Made by a program: the position numbers and the translations under genes. This document shows positions 28,521-39,169 of a stretch of DNA of 41,583 nucleotides, piece by piece. Source of the stretch: Clostridia bacterium (GTDB lineage Bacteria > Bacillota > Clostridia > Christensenellales > QALW01); assembly GCA_045603265.1 (NCBI GenBank), contig JAZULU010000150.1, positions 1-41,583 on the forward strand, given 5' to 3'. The notes beneath the pieces are model-generated. The model was not told the DNA's origin, searched no databases, and was given only the letters and a program-made list of their open reading frames with translations. The stretch's first letter is position 1. Each line of letters starts with the position of its first letter.

Positions 28521-28549
28521 TTGACGGCTTCAACTTTAAATAGTATAAT
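28521..28549 (+). promoter_or_regulatory. SigA promoter of argS
   Basis: TTGACG-N17-TATAAT. Confidence 0.75.
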
Positions 28550-28578
28550 ATACAGACAAAACATTTGGAGAGATTTTT

Positions 28579-30267
28579 ATGGATTTTAAATTTGAAATTG
28601 CATCGCTTATTGCTGAAAAGGCAGGCATTTCCAAAGAGGAATGTATAACCTATATCGAAATTCCCCCTAAAAAGGAAATGGGCGATTTTGCATTTCCTTG
28701 CTTTAAACTTGCCCGTGTTATGCGCAAGGCTCCGCCAATGATAGCAAATGAATTAAAGGATACTTTGGTTTTGCCTGAATTTATTAAAGAGGCTCGCGTT
28801 GAAGGCGGATATCTTAATTTCTTTATTGATACCGAAAAACGTGCAGAATCCGTTCTTAAAAGTGCTTATACACAAGGCGAAAATTACGGCGCATCCCAAA
28901 TGGGTAAGGGCAAGACCGTTTGTATCGACTATTCATCAATAAACATTGCAAAGCGTTGCCATATCGGTCATCTTACTACCACCGTTTTAGGTAATTCTTT
29001 AGCCAAGATCCACAGATTTTTAGGTTATGAAGTTGTTTCAATCAACCACCTTGGCGACTGGGGAACACAGTTTGGTAAAATGCTCTGTGCTTTTAAGCAT
29101 TGGGGAAACCGTGCTGACGTTGAAGAAAAGGGCGTTAATGCTTTAATTGAACTTTACGTGCGCTTCGATAAAGAGGCTGACGACGATATGCAGGAAGAAG
29201 CACGCGCATGGTTTAAGAAAATTGAGGATGATGATCCTGAAGCAATGGAACTTTTTACATGGTTCAAGGATATCACATTAAAAGACGTTGCCGAAATTTA
29301 CGATTTGTTGGGCATTAAGTTTGATTCCTATGCAGGCGAAAGTTTTTATAAAGACAAGTGCGGTGCAGTTGTTCAGGAATTAAAAGACAAGAATATGCTT
29401 GAACTTTCCGAGGGCGCATACGTTGTTAAACTTGATGAGTACGATATGCCTCCTTGCATTCTTCTTAAATCTGACGGCGCAACAATTTACGCAACACGCG
29501 ATCTTGCGGCAATCTTCTATCGTAAGAAAACTTACGATTTTGATAAATGTCTTTACGTTGTTGCATATCAGCAGAATCTTCATTTCCAGCAGGTATTTAA
29601 AGTTGTTGAAATGATGGGTTACGATTGGGCGGACAGACTTGTTCACGTTCCTTTCGGTATGGTTAGTTATGAGGGGCAGACTCTTTCCACAAGAAAAGGT
29701 CACGTTGTTTATCTTGATGAAGTTCTTCACCGCGCCATTGACAAGGCTTACGAAATCGTAAACGAAAAGAATCCCGACCTTGAAAACAAGGAAGAAGTTG
29801 CAAAGCAGGTTGGTATCGGTGCAGTTGTGTTCTATGATCTTTTCTCCAATAAGATCAAGGACGTTGATTTCTGGTGGGATCGCGCCCTTAACTTTGAGGG
29901 GGAAACAGGCCCTTATGTACAGTATGCACATACGCGTTGCTGTTCAGTTATCAAGAAAGCACCTGAGATAGATATTGAAAAGGCTGAATTCAAATGCCTT
30001 AATGATGAGGCTTCTTTAGATCTTATTCAGAAACTTGAAACATTCCCCCAGGTAATCCTTGATGCCGCTGAAAAGTACGAGCCCTCAATTATTACTCGCT
30101 TTGCCGCAAACCTTGCACAAAGTTATAACCGTTTCTATTTTGAAAACAGAATCTTAGGCGAAGAAGAAGGCGTTATGCAGGCACGTCTTGTGGTTACTAA
30201 ATGCACTCGCGACTGCTTAAAAACTGCATTGGCACTTCTTGGAATTGAAGCACCTGAAAAGATGTAA
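28579..30267 (+). CDS. argS: Arginine--tRNA ligase
   Basis: DYSSINIAK..HIGH, NHLGDWGTQFG, GETGPYVQY, C-terminal APEKM. Confidence 0.98.
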   Translation: MDFKFEIASLIAEKAGISKEECITYIEIPPKKEMGDFAFPCFKLARVMRKAPPMIANELKDTLVLPEFIKEARVEGGYLNFFIDTEKRAESVLKSAYTQGENYGASQMGKGKTVCIDYSSINIAKRCHIGHLTTTVLGNSLAKIHRFLGYEVVSINHLGDWGTQFGKMLCAFKHWGNRADVEEKGVNALIELYVRFDKEADDDMQEEARAWFKKIEDDDPEAMELFTWFKDITLKDVAEIYDLLGIKFDSYAGESFYKDKCGAVVQELKDKNMLELSEGAYVVKLDEYDMPPCILLKSDGATIYATRDLAAIFYRKKTYDFDKCLYVVAYQQNLHFQQVFKVVEMMGYDWADRLVHVPFGMVSYEGQTLSTRKGHVVYLDEVLHRAIDKAYEIVNEKNPDLENKEEVAKQVGIGAVVFYDLFSNKIKDVDFWWDRALNFEGETGPYVQYAHTRCCSVIKKAPEIDIEKAEFKCLNDEASLDLIQKLETFPQVILDAAEKYEPSIITRFAANLAQSYNRFYFENRILGEEEGVMQARLVVTKCTRDCLKTALALLGIEAPEKM

Positions 30268-30318
30268 TAATATAAACCTCTGTAGAAAAAAACAGAGGTT
30301 TTGTTTTAAGAGGTTAAA

Positions 30319-31176
30319 ATGAAAACTCTTTTATATCAGTTACCTGAATCGGTAAAATTTATGATGAGTTACGTTATTGTAACAAGCGAAAATAACGTTA
30401 TTGTTATTGATGGCGGCCGTCCTGAAGATATGCCTTTGTTAAAGGAAGTTATCAAAAAGCGAAAAATTAAAATGTGGATACTTACTCATCCTCATAATGA
30501 CCATATAAACGGCTTTGTGAAAGAAGCGGAAGAAAACGGATTAAGCGATTTTGATATCGAAAAAATCGTTTATAATTTTCCTTCTTATGAAATTATAAAT
30601 AACAAAAACGTTAAAGATTACGAATATTATCAAAAGGAATTAAATGAGATTCTGCCCAGATTTAATAAAATAGAACCTTTAATCAAGGACAAGGCGCTGA
30701 AGGTTAAAAAAGGTGATACTGTTCAGATAGATGAAGTTAAAATTGATTTTATTTATTCCTATCACAAGGAGCTTACAGACAATCTTATGAATGATGCTTC
30801 CCTTGTTTTTAAAGTTACAACACCTGAAAAAACGGTACTTTTTTTAGGCGATTTGGGACCTCAGGGCGGCGACGTTTTAATGGCGGAATCGAAGGATTTG
30901 CTGAAAGCCGATATCGTGCAGATGGCACATCACGGGCATATGAACGTTTCGATGGAAGTTTATGCCGAAATTCAGCCTGAAGCCTGCTTGTGGTGCTGTA
31001 ATGAGGCGCTTTACAACGAGGAAGCCATTCCCTTTTATTTAAGAGATACTGAAAAACTCTTAAAGCAGGGCAGATGCGGTATGTACGGAACTCTTGTTAC
31101 AAGAAAGTGGATGGATATTTTAGGCGTAAAAACCCACTACGTTGCAAAAGATGGCTTGATAGAAATTGAGATATAA
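30319..31176 (+). CDS. MBL-fold metallohydrolase (ComEC/Rec2-like catalytic domain)
   Basis: VIDGG, THPHNDH, NDASLV, FLGD, AHHG. Confidence 0.88.
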   Translation: MKTLLYQLPESVKFMMSYVIVTSENNVIVIDGGRPEDMPLLKEVIKKRKIKMWILTHPHNDHINGFVKEAEENGLSDFDIEKIVYNFPSYEIINNKNVKDYEYYQKELNEILPRFNKIEPLIKDKALKVKKGDTVQIDEVKIDFIYSYHKELTDNLMNDASLVFKVTTPEKTVLFLGDLGPQGGDVLMAESKDLLKADIVQMAHHGHMNVSMEVYAEIQPEACLWCCNEALYNEEAIPFYLRDTEKLLKQGRCGMYGTLVTRKWMDILGVKTHYVAKDGLIEIEI

Positions 31177-31220
31177 GAAAACGGCTAATTTTCAGCCGTT
31201 TTTTTAGTTTAATCGTTTTT

Positions 31221-31391
31221 TTAGTTTAATTCAATTTTGCCGTTTTTCTCTTCATACTGGGCAACGTGTTTTTTTATAAATTGCTCTATTTCTTTGTTGG
31301 CAGATCTGCCGTTTGCTTCGGCAATATATTTGAATTTCTCAAATAAATTTCTATCAACTCTCAACGTATATCTTAAAAGTTTATCGTCCAT
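31221..31391 (-). CDS. Arc/TraY-like ribbon-helix-helix DNA-binding protein (56 aa)
   Basis: Manual translation MDDKLLRYTLRVDRNLFEKFKYIAEANGRSANKEIEQFIKKHVAQYEEKNGKIELN. RBS GAGGTG. Not in the ORF track. Confidence 0.85.
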   Translation of the reverse strand: MDDKLLRYTLRVDRNLFEKFKYIAEANGRSANKEIEQFIKKHVAQYEEKNGKIELN

Positions 31392-31435
31392 AAAAAGCAC
31401 CTCTTGTGATGTTATTATGACATAATTATAGCATT

Positions 31436-31469
31436 ATTATTGCGTCAAAAATAATAATGACGCAATAAT
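31436..31469. promoter_or_regulatory. Perfect 12-bp inverted repeat, candidate operator
   Basis: ATTATTGCGTCA-N10-TGACGCAATAAT between divergent genes. Confidence 0.6.
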
Positions 31470-31588
31470 GACGACATATTTTTAGAAAACAATATAATAA
31501 AGATTATAATGATAAGGGAAGCCTATCGTTGACTAAACAATCTTTAGGTGATACAATAGTATAAAATTATTTCTAAAGGTAAAAAACT

Positions 31589-32683
31589 ATGAAGAACATT
31601 ATTCCCCAATACAATGCACCTGATTTTAATGAAGAAAAATTTAAAAATGCTCCTGACGTAAAATTTCAGGAGGTTGAAATTGACGGCGTTGCACCTGATA
31701 ATTATCACAGCACGTCAATGTTCCCCGAATATTTTAAGATTTCGGGGCAATGGGTTTTAGCCAAAAAGAGCCGTATGGATTCTTCGGTTGTCATTGGCGA
31801 TGAATTAAAAGTTGTAGAAAACAGAAATCTTAAAAAAGGCGATAAAGTTGTTTTGGGAAGAACTGAAAACTGCGAAGACGGCATTTACGTTCACTCAAAA
31901 GGCTTTGAAGAAAAGATCGATGAAGAACAGGAAAACTTTGTGTTCAGGCAGGGAAGAAGCAGGGAAACCGCTTTTGCAAAGGATTACGATAAACTCATGG
32001 AGTTGCTTAAATACGAAAAAGAGCACGGCAATATTTTATGGGTAATGGGTCCTGCGTTTTCCTTTGATTACGATGCAAGAAACGCTATGGCTTCACTTAT
32101 TGATAACGGCTATGCTCACGGACTTATGGCAGGTAACGCCCTTGCAACCCACGATCTTGAGGGCGCTCTTTTAAATACTGCATTAGGTCAGGATATCTAT
32201 ACACAAAGACCTCATAAAAACGGTCACTATAATCATCTTGACGTTATAAATAAGGTTAGAAAAAGCGGATCTATTCCGCAGTTTATAAAGGATCATAACA
32301 TTGATAACGGCATTATGCACAGCCTTGTTAAAAATAACGTGCCTTTCGTTTTAACCGGCTCTATCCGCGATGACGGTCCTTTGCCCGAAGTAATAGGTGA
32401 TGCTTATGAGGGACAGAAAAAGATGCGCTCATTTACCGAGAAAGCAACAACGGTAATTTGCCTTGCAACAATGCTTCACACCATTGCAACGGGCAACATG
32501 ACTCCCTCTTTTACCGTAAATGAAGATGATACCGTGCGCCCCGTGTTTTTATATTGCGTAGATGCCGATGAGTTTATGGTAAATAAATTATCCGATCGCG
32601 GAAGTTTAAGTGCTGTAGGCATCGTTACAAACGTGCAGGATTTTATAACGATCATTGCCAAAGGACTTGGGGTAATGAAATAA
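31589..32683 (+). CDS. LOR/SDH-domain (TIGR00300/ArgZ C-terminal-like) protein, putative ornithine cyclodeaminase
   Basis: GVAPDNYHST, RMD, GNALATHDLE, GSIRDDGPLP, LHTIATGN, KLSDRGS. Confidence 0.8.
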   Translation: MKNIIPQYNAPDFNEEKFKNAPDVKFQEVEIDGVAPDNYHSTSMFPEYFKISGQWVLAKKSRMDSSVVIGDELKVVENRNLKKGDKVVLGRTENCEDGIYVHSKGFEEKIDEEQENFVFRQGRSRETAFAKDYDKLMELLKYEKEHGNILWVMGPAFSFDYDARNAMASLIDNGYAHGLMAGNALATHDLEGALLNTALGQDIYTQRPHKNGHYNHLDVINKVRKSGSIPQFIKDHNIDNGIMHSLVKNNVPFVLTGSIRDDGPLPEVIGDAYEGQKKMRSFTEKATTVICLATMLHTIATGNMTPSFTVNEDDTVRPVFLYCVDADEFMVNKLSDRGSLSAVGIVTNVQDFITIIAKGLGVMK

Positions 32684-32783
32684 TCAAACGGCATTTACTG
32701 CCGTTTTTTTATTTTGTGATTGTAAAAAATTGTGAAATGATATATAATAAATATATATGTAAATTTTTTTAGGAGTTTTTTAT

Positions 32784-34967
32784 ATGCTTAAAAGATATTT
32801 GCCTACCATAATTACTGCAGTAGTGCTTATTTTGGTGGTGTTAGTTACCGCAATACTGGTTCCTCACGATAGATTTAAGGAACCTGCATCACCTATTGTT
32901 GATGACGAAAAGGCAGTTTACGATATTCAGTATAATTCGGGAATGTTGCTTTGCGGCGGAAGCAAGGCACCCTATAATCAGGGAGATCTTAAATTTTTCA
33001 GCCAAACAAAGGGCATTTATCGTTATAAAGACTATGCAAACGACGTTGAGCCTGAAAAACTTGAAGACGGTTTTGATGCATCTGAGTGGCCCGTTATCGG
33101 CAATGACGGTATCATCTCAGGTACGGATTGCAGAAATATTACCGTTGTTTCAACCGATACAGACGGTATCGTTAAGGAATATGCCAATTTTGATTATATT
33201 CCGGGCGTTATTTACGGGCACAGTAATCCCGGTCAGTATGATGACTTAAATCTCTACAACAAGGAAAATCCTGCTTTAGAAGATGAACGGGCAATAAAAC
33301 TTGCCTCTAACTTATTTAAAAGCAGTAAAACTTCTTATTATAACAGCGAATTCGGCTGTATTATTCAAGGCTTTTTATCAAAATACTCCATTACCGGCGG
33401 TATGCTTGAAGATTATTATCATACCGGTACTGATTTTGCCATTATGGACGGACAATCCTTCTATTCGCCCGTAAACGGAAGAATAACCTATGCAACCCAG
33501 GAAGATGATTATAACATGATAATCATCTATAATGAAGAATTTGATATTTCAGTAATAATTCTTCACGGCAACGATATTTCCCCTGCAACTGAGATTTTTA
33601 TGGGATCGGGGGAAGTGAAAGTCGGCGATAAACTGGGCGTTGGCGGAGGCAAAGGAAATCCGGTAGGCGCAAAGCACATCCATATTGAAGTGCGCATGGG
33701 CGAAGCGGAAAGATATAAAAGTTTTTCAAAAGATATAATATATACAAGAATGACTAACTATGATCCTCTTTTGTTAAGTGATATGTTTGGTCTTCAAGTT
33801 CTTGAAACTGACGGTTATGAGCCTTTCAGCAAAGTCTATACAAGCAGTTTCGATTCGCAGAACAATGCTTCGGTAGTGCTTGTGGGCAACTGGCTTTACT
33901 ATATTGATAAAGTAAACGGAAGTGCGTTATATAAAGCACGTCCTGACGGAAGCGAAGTTACAAAACTTGTTTCAAGCGTATGCGCAAACCTTAACTACTA
34001 TGACGGCTGGCTTTATTACAGCGATCTTCTTAATGGCGGAAATCTTATGAAAACGTCAGTTGACGGTGCGCAGACAGTGCCCGTTGCGGCGGCAAACTCG
34101 GCAGCCTTTGTACACGTTCTTGACGATTGGATATATTTTGCCAACGCTACCAACAAAAATGCAATTTACAGGATCCGTCATGATGGCACCGGCGCACAAG
34201 TTATCCTTTCAAGAAATATTACCAACATTTTCTATCATAGCGGAAGTATTTACTATACTCAGGATGCAAGCACAAAACGCGACCGTATATATAGGCTTGA
34301 TCTTACAACATTAAAAACTCAAGTTCTTTTCCCCAATGCAAGACTTGACAGACCTTTTATATATAACGGTCAACTTTGTTACAGAAGATATTACAGCGAT
34401 AAAAATTGCCTGACAGTACCTATTAATGTGTACGATGAAAGCAAGGCAACGGTGGTTATTCCGACTGCATATAATCAGGTATGCCCGGGATACAAATCTT
34501 TTGTGTTCACCAATGAAAATGATGCAAGCAGTCTTTACATCAAGTTTGAAGGTAAGGAAGAACTTGTTAAACTTTCCAATGATATTATGTGTTCTGAACT
34601 TACGTTCCAGGGCGGTTGGTTGTATTATTACGGTCCTGCGGCAGGCGGATACCGTCTTACAAGAATAAATATTTACGGTATGAAAAAGCAAAGGCTTTCA
34701 AATACCGGCGCATGGGTAAATGATACTTTTGATGCAGAGCCCGGCTTTTACGAAATAGTTCAGGCAAGCAGAACAGATACGGATTTCCCGTCACCGTTAC
34801 CGGATCTTACACCTATGCCAAGTGAGACTCCTGCAGGTGCAACACCTTATCCCACACCTACGCCTTATAATCCGGGAACACCAAATCCCGATGAACCTAT
34901 ACTTGATAATGCTGAAGGTGGAATCATAACGGCTTCACCTAAACCGCGAACTACACCTCAAACTTAA
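32784..34967 (+). CDS. Membrane-anchored M23 peptidase plus DUF5050 beta-propeller protein
   Basis: N-terminal TM. HTGTD and HIHIE M23 motifs. Repeated WLYY/LYK..DG blades. P/T-rich tail. Confidence 0.78.
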   Translation: MLKRYLPTIITAVVLILVVLVTAILVPHDRFKEPASPIVDDEKAVYDIQYNSGMLLCGGSKAPYNQGDLKFFSQTKGIYRYKDYANDVEPEKLEDGFDASEWPVIGNDGIISGTDCRNITVVSTDTDGIVKEYANFDYIPGVIYGHSNPGQYDDLNLYNKENPALEDERAIKLASNLFKSSKTSYYNSEFGCIIQGFLSKYSITGGMLEDYYHTGTDFAIMDGQSFYSPVNGRITYATQEDDYNMIIIYNEEFDISVIILHGNDISPATEIFMGSGEVKVGDKLGVGGGKGNPVGAKHIHIEVRMGEAERYKSFSKDIIYTRMTNYDPLLLSDMFGLQVLETDGYEPFSKVYTSSFDSQNNASVVLVGNWLYYIDKVNGSALYKARPDGSEVTKLVSSVCANLNYYDGWLYYSDLLNGGNLMKTSVDGAQTVPVAAANSAAFVHVLDDWIYFANATNKNAIYRIRHDGTGAQVILSRNITNIFYHSGSIYYTQDASTKRDRIYRLDLTTLKTQVLFPNARLDRPFIYNGQLCYRRYYSDKNCLTVPINVYDESKATVVIPTAYNQVCPGYKSFVFTNENDASSLYIKFEGKEELVKLSNDIMCSELTFQGGWLYYYGPAAGGYRLTRINIYGMKKQRLSNTGAWVNDTFDAEPGFYEIVQASRTDTDFPSPLPDLTPMPSETPAGATPYPTPTPYNPGTPNPDEPILDNAEGGIITASPKPRTTPQT

Positions 34968-35025
34968 TATTTAAGCACCTGCTTTTAAAGTAGGTGCTTT
35001 TTATATAAAGTTCAGTATATTTCTG

Positions 35026-35074
35026 TTGACGGGAAATGTGAAAAATAATATAATAGTTAACGTGTTAATTATTA
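35026..35074 (+). promoter_or_regulatory. SigA promoter with overlapping palindromic operator (likely MarR site)
   Basis: TTGACG-N17-TATAAT (35026-35054). TAATAGTTAAC-GT-GTTAATTATTA (35051-35074) is a palindrome with 1 mismatch. Confidence 0.7.
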
Positions 35075-35086
35075 AGGAGTGATGAT

Positions 35087-35554
35087 GTGGATAAACTTGA
35101 TCTTAATACTGTATTACATAAATTTATAAGTACGGACAGACAGCACCATACCCTTTTGGAAAATCAGGTATCAAAGGGAACGCTTCATAGAAGTCAACAC
35201 AGAATGCTTTTATACATTTATAAGTGTAAAGAAGCACCAACTCAAAAACAGATTGCCGAATTTTTTGAAATAAGTTCGGCAGCGGTGGCTGTAATGTTGA
35301 AAAAACTTGAGGCATCAGGATATATCGGGCGCGTTGCTGAAAAAAACGATATGCGTTATAACCGCGTAACCGTAACGGAAAAAGGTGAAAAAACACTTCT
35401 TGATACAAAAGCACTTGTTGATGAAGTGGATTCATATATGTTTAAAAATTTCTCGGATAATGAACTTGAGATTTTCTATAACTGTCTTGAAAAAATACAG
35501 AACAATTTAAGCGAATTTGAAAGAAAGGAAAAAGAAGATGAAGCGATGGTTTAA
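35087..35554 (+). CDS. MarR-family regulator
   Basis: TQKQIAE...LKKLEASGYI.R...DMR...VTEKG winged-helix pattern. Confidence 0.92.
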   Translation: MDKLDLNTVLHKFISTDRQHHTLLENQVSKGTLHRSQHRMLLYIYKCKEAPTQKQIAEFFEISSAAVAVMLKKLEASGYIGRVAEKNDMRYNRVTVTEKGEKTLLDTKALVDEVDSYMFKNFSDNELEIFYNCLEKIQNNLSEFERKEKEDEAMV

Positions 35555-37307
35555 ATATATAAAGCCATATTTGCCTGCCTTTATACTGGGTCCTTTGTGT
35601 ATGATGGTGGAAGTTGTGGGCGAGGCCATTATGCCCAAACTTATGGGAAGTATCGTTGACTGCGTAAAGGGTGAGGAAGTTTCACCTTTTGTTTCCTGGC
35701 TTTATACTGTTTTCGGTACGGATAACGGATTTGTTGTTGCCGCCATGACGGGTATGATCTTTGCGGCGATACTTATGATGATAGGCGGTGTAGGCGGTGC
35801 ATATTTCGGTGCAAAAGCGTCGGTATATTTTGCCTCCGACCTTCGTGCTGACGTATATAAAAAGGTACAGAAATTTTCTTTTGCCAATATTGATAAGTTT
35901 CAGACCGGCTCATTGGTAACAAGACTTACCAATGATATTACCCAAATACAGAACTTTGTAAACATGCTTTTAAGAATGGCACTTCGCTCACCGGGTATGC
36001 TTATTGGCGCACTTATAATGGCCATTATTCTTAATCCTAAACTTACACTTGTTTTGGCAGTAGTTATGCCGCTTATGCTTACGGGAATTTTCTTTATTAT
36101 AAGAAAAAGTTACCCGAAATTTTCAGGCATGCAAACAAAGATCGATGCTTTGAACTCAACCGTTCAGGAGAATATTACCAACGTTCGCGTAGTAAAAAGT
36201 TTTGTTCGCCAGGATCATGAAGAGGAAAAATTTGCTTTAGCCAACGGCAACCTTAAAAAAGCAGGCTATGAGGCAATGAATATAATGATATTGCTTTCGC
36301 CTTTAATGAGTTTCTTTATGAATATCACAACCATTGCCGTTTATTGGTTTGGCGGAAATATGGTTATTGACGGAAATATGAGCATCGGCGACCTTTCGGC
36401 ATTTATAACTTATATAACGCAGATACTTTCTTCTTTAATGATGGTTACGATGATGTTTATGAATATGTCCCGTGCACTGGCATCAGGCAAGCGTATTGCG
36501 GAAGTTCTTGATGAAAAAATCGATATTTCCGATGAAAGTGCTGATGAAACTCTTACTGTAACAGACGGAAGCGTTGAGTTTAAGAACGTATCTTTCCGTT
36601 ATTATAAAAACAGCGAAGGTAAAGTTCTTGATAATATAAACATTTATATTCCTGCAAAGTCAACGGTAGGAATTATCGGCTCAACAGGTTGCGGAAAAAC
36701 AACCCTTGTTTCAATGATTCCCCGTCTTTACGATGTTGACGAGGGCGACGTACTTGTTGATGGCAGAAGTGTTAAGGACTACACCCTTTATAATCTTCGC
36801 GATGCGGTTTCTATGGTATTGCAGAAAAACGTTCTTTTTTCGGGAAGCATTGAAGATAACCTCCGCTGGGGCAATGAGGATGCTTCCATGGATGACATAA
36901 TCAAGGCTTCGGAAAATGCCCAGGCGGATAAGTTTATAAAAACTTTTAAAGACGGATATCAGACCGACCTTGATCAAGGCGGAACAAACGTTTCAGGCGG
37001 TCAGAAGCAAAGACTTTGTATTGCCCGTGCGCTTCTTAAAAATCCCAAGATCATTATTCTTGATGACTCAACAAGCGCTGTAGATACTGCAACAGAAGCG
37101 CAGATAAGAAAAACCTTTAATAATGAACTTAAAGATTCAACTAAGATCATTATTGCCCAAAGAATCACCTCCGTTATGGACGCAGATATGATAATCGTTA
37201 TGGACGAAGGCAAAATTACGGGCTTTGGCACTCACGAAGAATTACTTAAAAATAATACCGAATATCAGGAAATTTATTATTCCCAGATGGATAAGGAGGC
37301 AAAATGA
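35538..37307 (+). CDS. ABC exporter, fused permease/ATPase (degenerate-site subunit)
   Basis: GSTGCGKT, VSGGQKQR, ILDDSTSAVD, IAQR. ATG at 35538 preferred. Confidence 0.95.
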   Translation: MKRWFKYIKPYLPAFILGPLCMMVEVVGEAIMPKLMGSIVDCVKGEEVSPFVSWLYTVFGTDNGFVVAAMTGMIFAAILMMIGGVGGAYFGAKASVYFASDLRADVYKKVQKFSFANIDKFQTGSLVTRLTNDITQIQNFVNMLLRMALRSPGMLIGALIMAIILNPKLTLVLAVVMPLMLTGIFFIIRKSYPKFSGMQTKIDALNSTVQENITNVRVVKSFVRQDHEEEKFALANGNLKKAGYEAMNIMILLSPLMSFFMNITTIAVYWFGGNMVIDGNMSIGDLSAFITYITQILSSLMMVTMMFMNMSRALASGKRIAEVLDEKIDISDESADETLTVTDGSVEFKNVSFRYYKNSEGKVLDNINIYIPAKSTVGIIGSTGCGKTTLVSMIPRLYDVDEGDVLVDGRSVKDYTLYNLRDAVSMVLQKNVLFSGSIEDNLRWGNEDASMDDIIKASENAQADKFIKTFKDGYQTDLDQGGTNVSGGQKQRLCIARALLKNPKIIILDDSTSAVDTATEAQIRKTFNNELKDSTKIIIAQRITSVMDADMIIVMDEGKITGFGTHEELLKNNTEYQEIYYSQMDKEAK

Positions 37308-39169
37308 AAAGAACGTTAGAAGACCTCCAAAAACAATATAATAAAGGCGGAAGTAAATCGGTAAATCTTCGTCAAATGGGCGGCCCGGGCAGGCGTGGCG
37401 GTCCAAGGGCAACGGGTAAACCCAAAAAAATGGGTGCAACAATAAAAAGACTGCTTTCCTACGTTGCAAAATATAAAGTTCAACTTATTGGTGTGTTTTT
37501 ATTAATACTGGTTACAAGCATTACCGGTGTTATTGCTACCGGGCTTATGCGTCCCATTATCAATGAACTTGTTGCAGAAGGCAAAACTGCGTTAGAGCGC
37601 ATAGCATATCTTACGCAAACGCTTGTTCTTCTTGGCGGAATTTATCTTATAAGCATTGGTTCAACGTATCTTCAGTCAAAAATGATGCTGAAAATTTCCC
37701 AAAATTCCATTGAAAGATTAAGAAAAGATCTTTTCCAAAAGTTGCAGACGTTGCCTACAAGATATTTTGACCAAAATCCTACAGGCGAAGTAATGAGCCG
37801 ATTCACCAACGATGTTGACAACGTTGATATGATGATAAACCAGACTTTAACAAGTACTTTTTCGGGCATCGTTCAACTTATTGCAACTTTCGTTTTAATG
37901 CTTACTACCAATATCTGGCTTACACTTATAACACTTTTATTTGTTCCCATATTCACCTTTGGCGGCGGACTTATTGCAAAACATTCAAGTAAATACTATT
38001 CCGCACAGCAGGCGGCGTTGGGCGCAATGAACGGTTATATTGAGGAAACGGTAAACGGATCAAAGGTAGTTAAGGTGTTTAACCATGAAGAAGTATGTAA
38101 CGAAGAATTCGACCTTTTAAACGGCGATATGCGCGAAAAACTTTTTAAAGCGCAGTTCTTCGGCGGTATTATGGGCCCCATTATGCACAACTTCAGTATG
38201 ATATGCTACGGTCTTACCGCAGGTGTAGGCGGACTTTTATGCCTTGCAGGCTTTGCCGATATAGGCGGTGTTACGGTTTTTTGCGGTCTTTCAAGAAACT
38301 TCTCAATGCCTATCAACCAGATATCAATGCAAATGAGCACAATTTTTTCGGCTCTTGCAGGTGCAGAACGTGTTTTTGCCGTTATGGATACCGATCCTGA
38401 GGCAGAAGATAAAGAAGATGCACTTACACCTGAAATTGAGGGGCACGTTATTCTTGAAAATGTTACTTTCGGTTATGTACCCGATAAGACCATTCTTAAA
38501 AACATTTCGCTTTATGCAAAGCCCGGACAGAAAATTGCCTTTGTTGGCTCAACCGGTGCAGGAAAAACAACAGTTACAAATCTTCTCAATCGCTTCTATG
38601 ATATTGAAGAAGGCAAGATAACTATTGACGGCATCGATATTATGGATATAAAGCGCGACGTTTTGCGCCAAAATATTGCAATGGTTTTGCAGGATACTCA
38701 CCTTTTTACGGGAACGGTTATGGAAAATATCCGCTACGGCAGACTTGATGCAACAGATGAAGAGGTAATCGCCGCCGCAAAAACGGCTTCGGCACATTCC
38801 TTTATTATGCGCCTTTCCGATGGTTATAACACCATGCTTACCGGTGATGGTGCAAACCTTTCACAAGGTCAGCGCCAGCTTCTTAACATTGCCCGCGCGG
38901 CTCTTTCAAAAGCACCTATACTTGTTCTTGATGAGGCAACAAGTTCTGTTGATACGCGAACTGAACGTCACATCGAACACGGCATGGAACGTTTGATGAA
39001 AAACCGCACCACTTTTGTTATTGCACACCGTCTTTCAACGGTGCGTAACGCAAATGCAATTATGGTGCTTGAACAAGGTCAGATCATTGAACGCGGAACT
39101 CACGAAGAACTTTTAAGTATGAAAGGAAGATACTATGAACTTTACACAGGCATTAAGGAACTTGACTAA
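37304..39169 (+). CDS. ABC exporter, fused permease/ATPase (partner subunit)
   Basis: GSTGAGKT, LSQGQRQ, LDEATSSVD, IAHRLST. Confidence 0.95.
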   Translation: MKRTLEDLQKQYNKGGSKSVNLRQMGGPGRRGGPRATGKPKKMGATIKRLLSYVAKYKVQLIGVFLLILVTSITGVIATGLMRPIINELVAEGKTALERIAYLTQTLVLLGGIYLISIGSTYLQSKMMLKISQNSIERLRKDLFQKLQTLPTRYFDQNPTGEVMSRFTNDVDNVDMMINQTLTSTFSGIVQLIATFVLMLTTNIWLTLITLLFVPIFTFGGGLIAKHSSKYYSAQQAALGAMNGYIEETVNGSKVVKVFNHEEVCNEEFDLLNGDMREKLFKAQFFGGIMGPIMHNFSMICYGLTAGVGGLLCLAGFADIGGVTVFCGLSRNFSMPINQISMQMSTIFSALAGAERVFAVMDTDPEAEDKEDALTPEIEGHVILENVTFGYVPDKTILKNISLYAKPGQKIAFVGSTGAGKTTVTNLLNRFYDIEEGKITIDGIDIMDIKRDVLRQNIAMVLQDTHLFTGTVMENIRYGRLDATDEEVIAAAKTASAHSFIMRLSDGYNTMLTGDGANLSQGQRQLLNIARAALSKAPILVLDEATSSVDTRTERHIEHGMERLMKNRTTFVIAHRLSTVRNANAIMVLEQGQIIERGTHEELLSMKGRYYELYTGIKELD

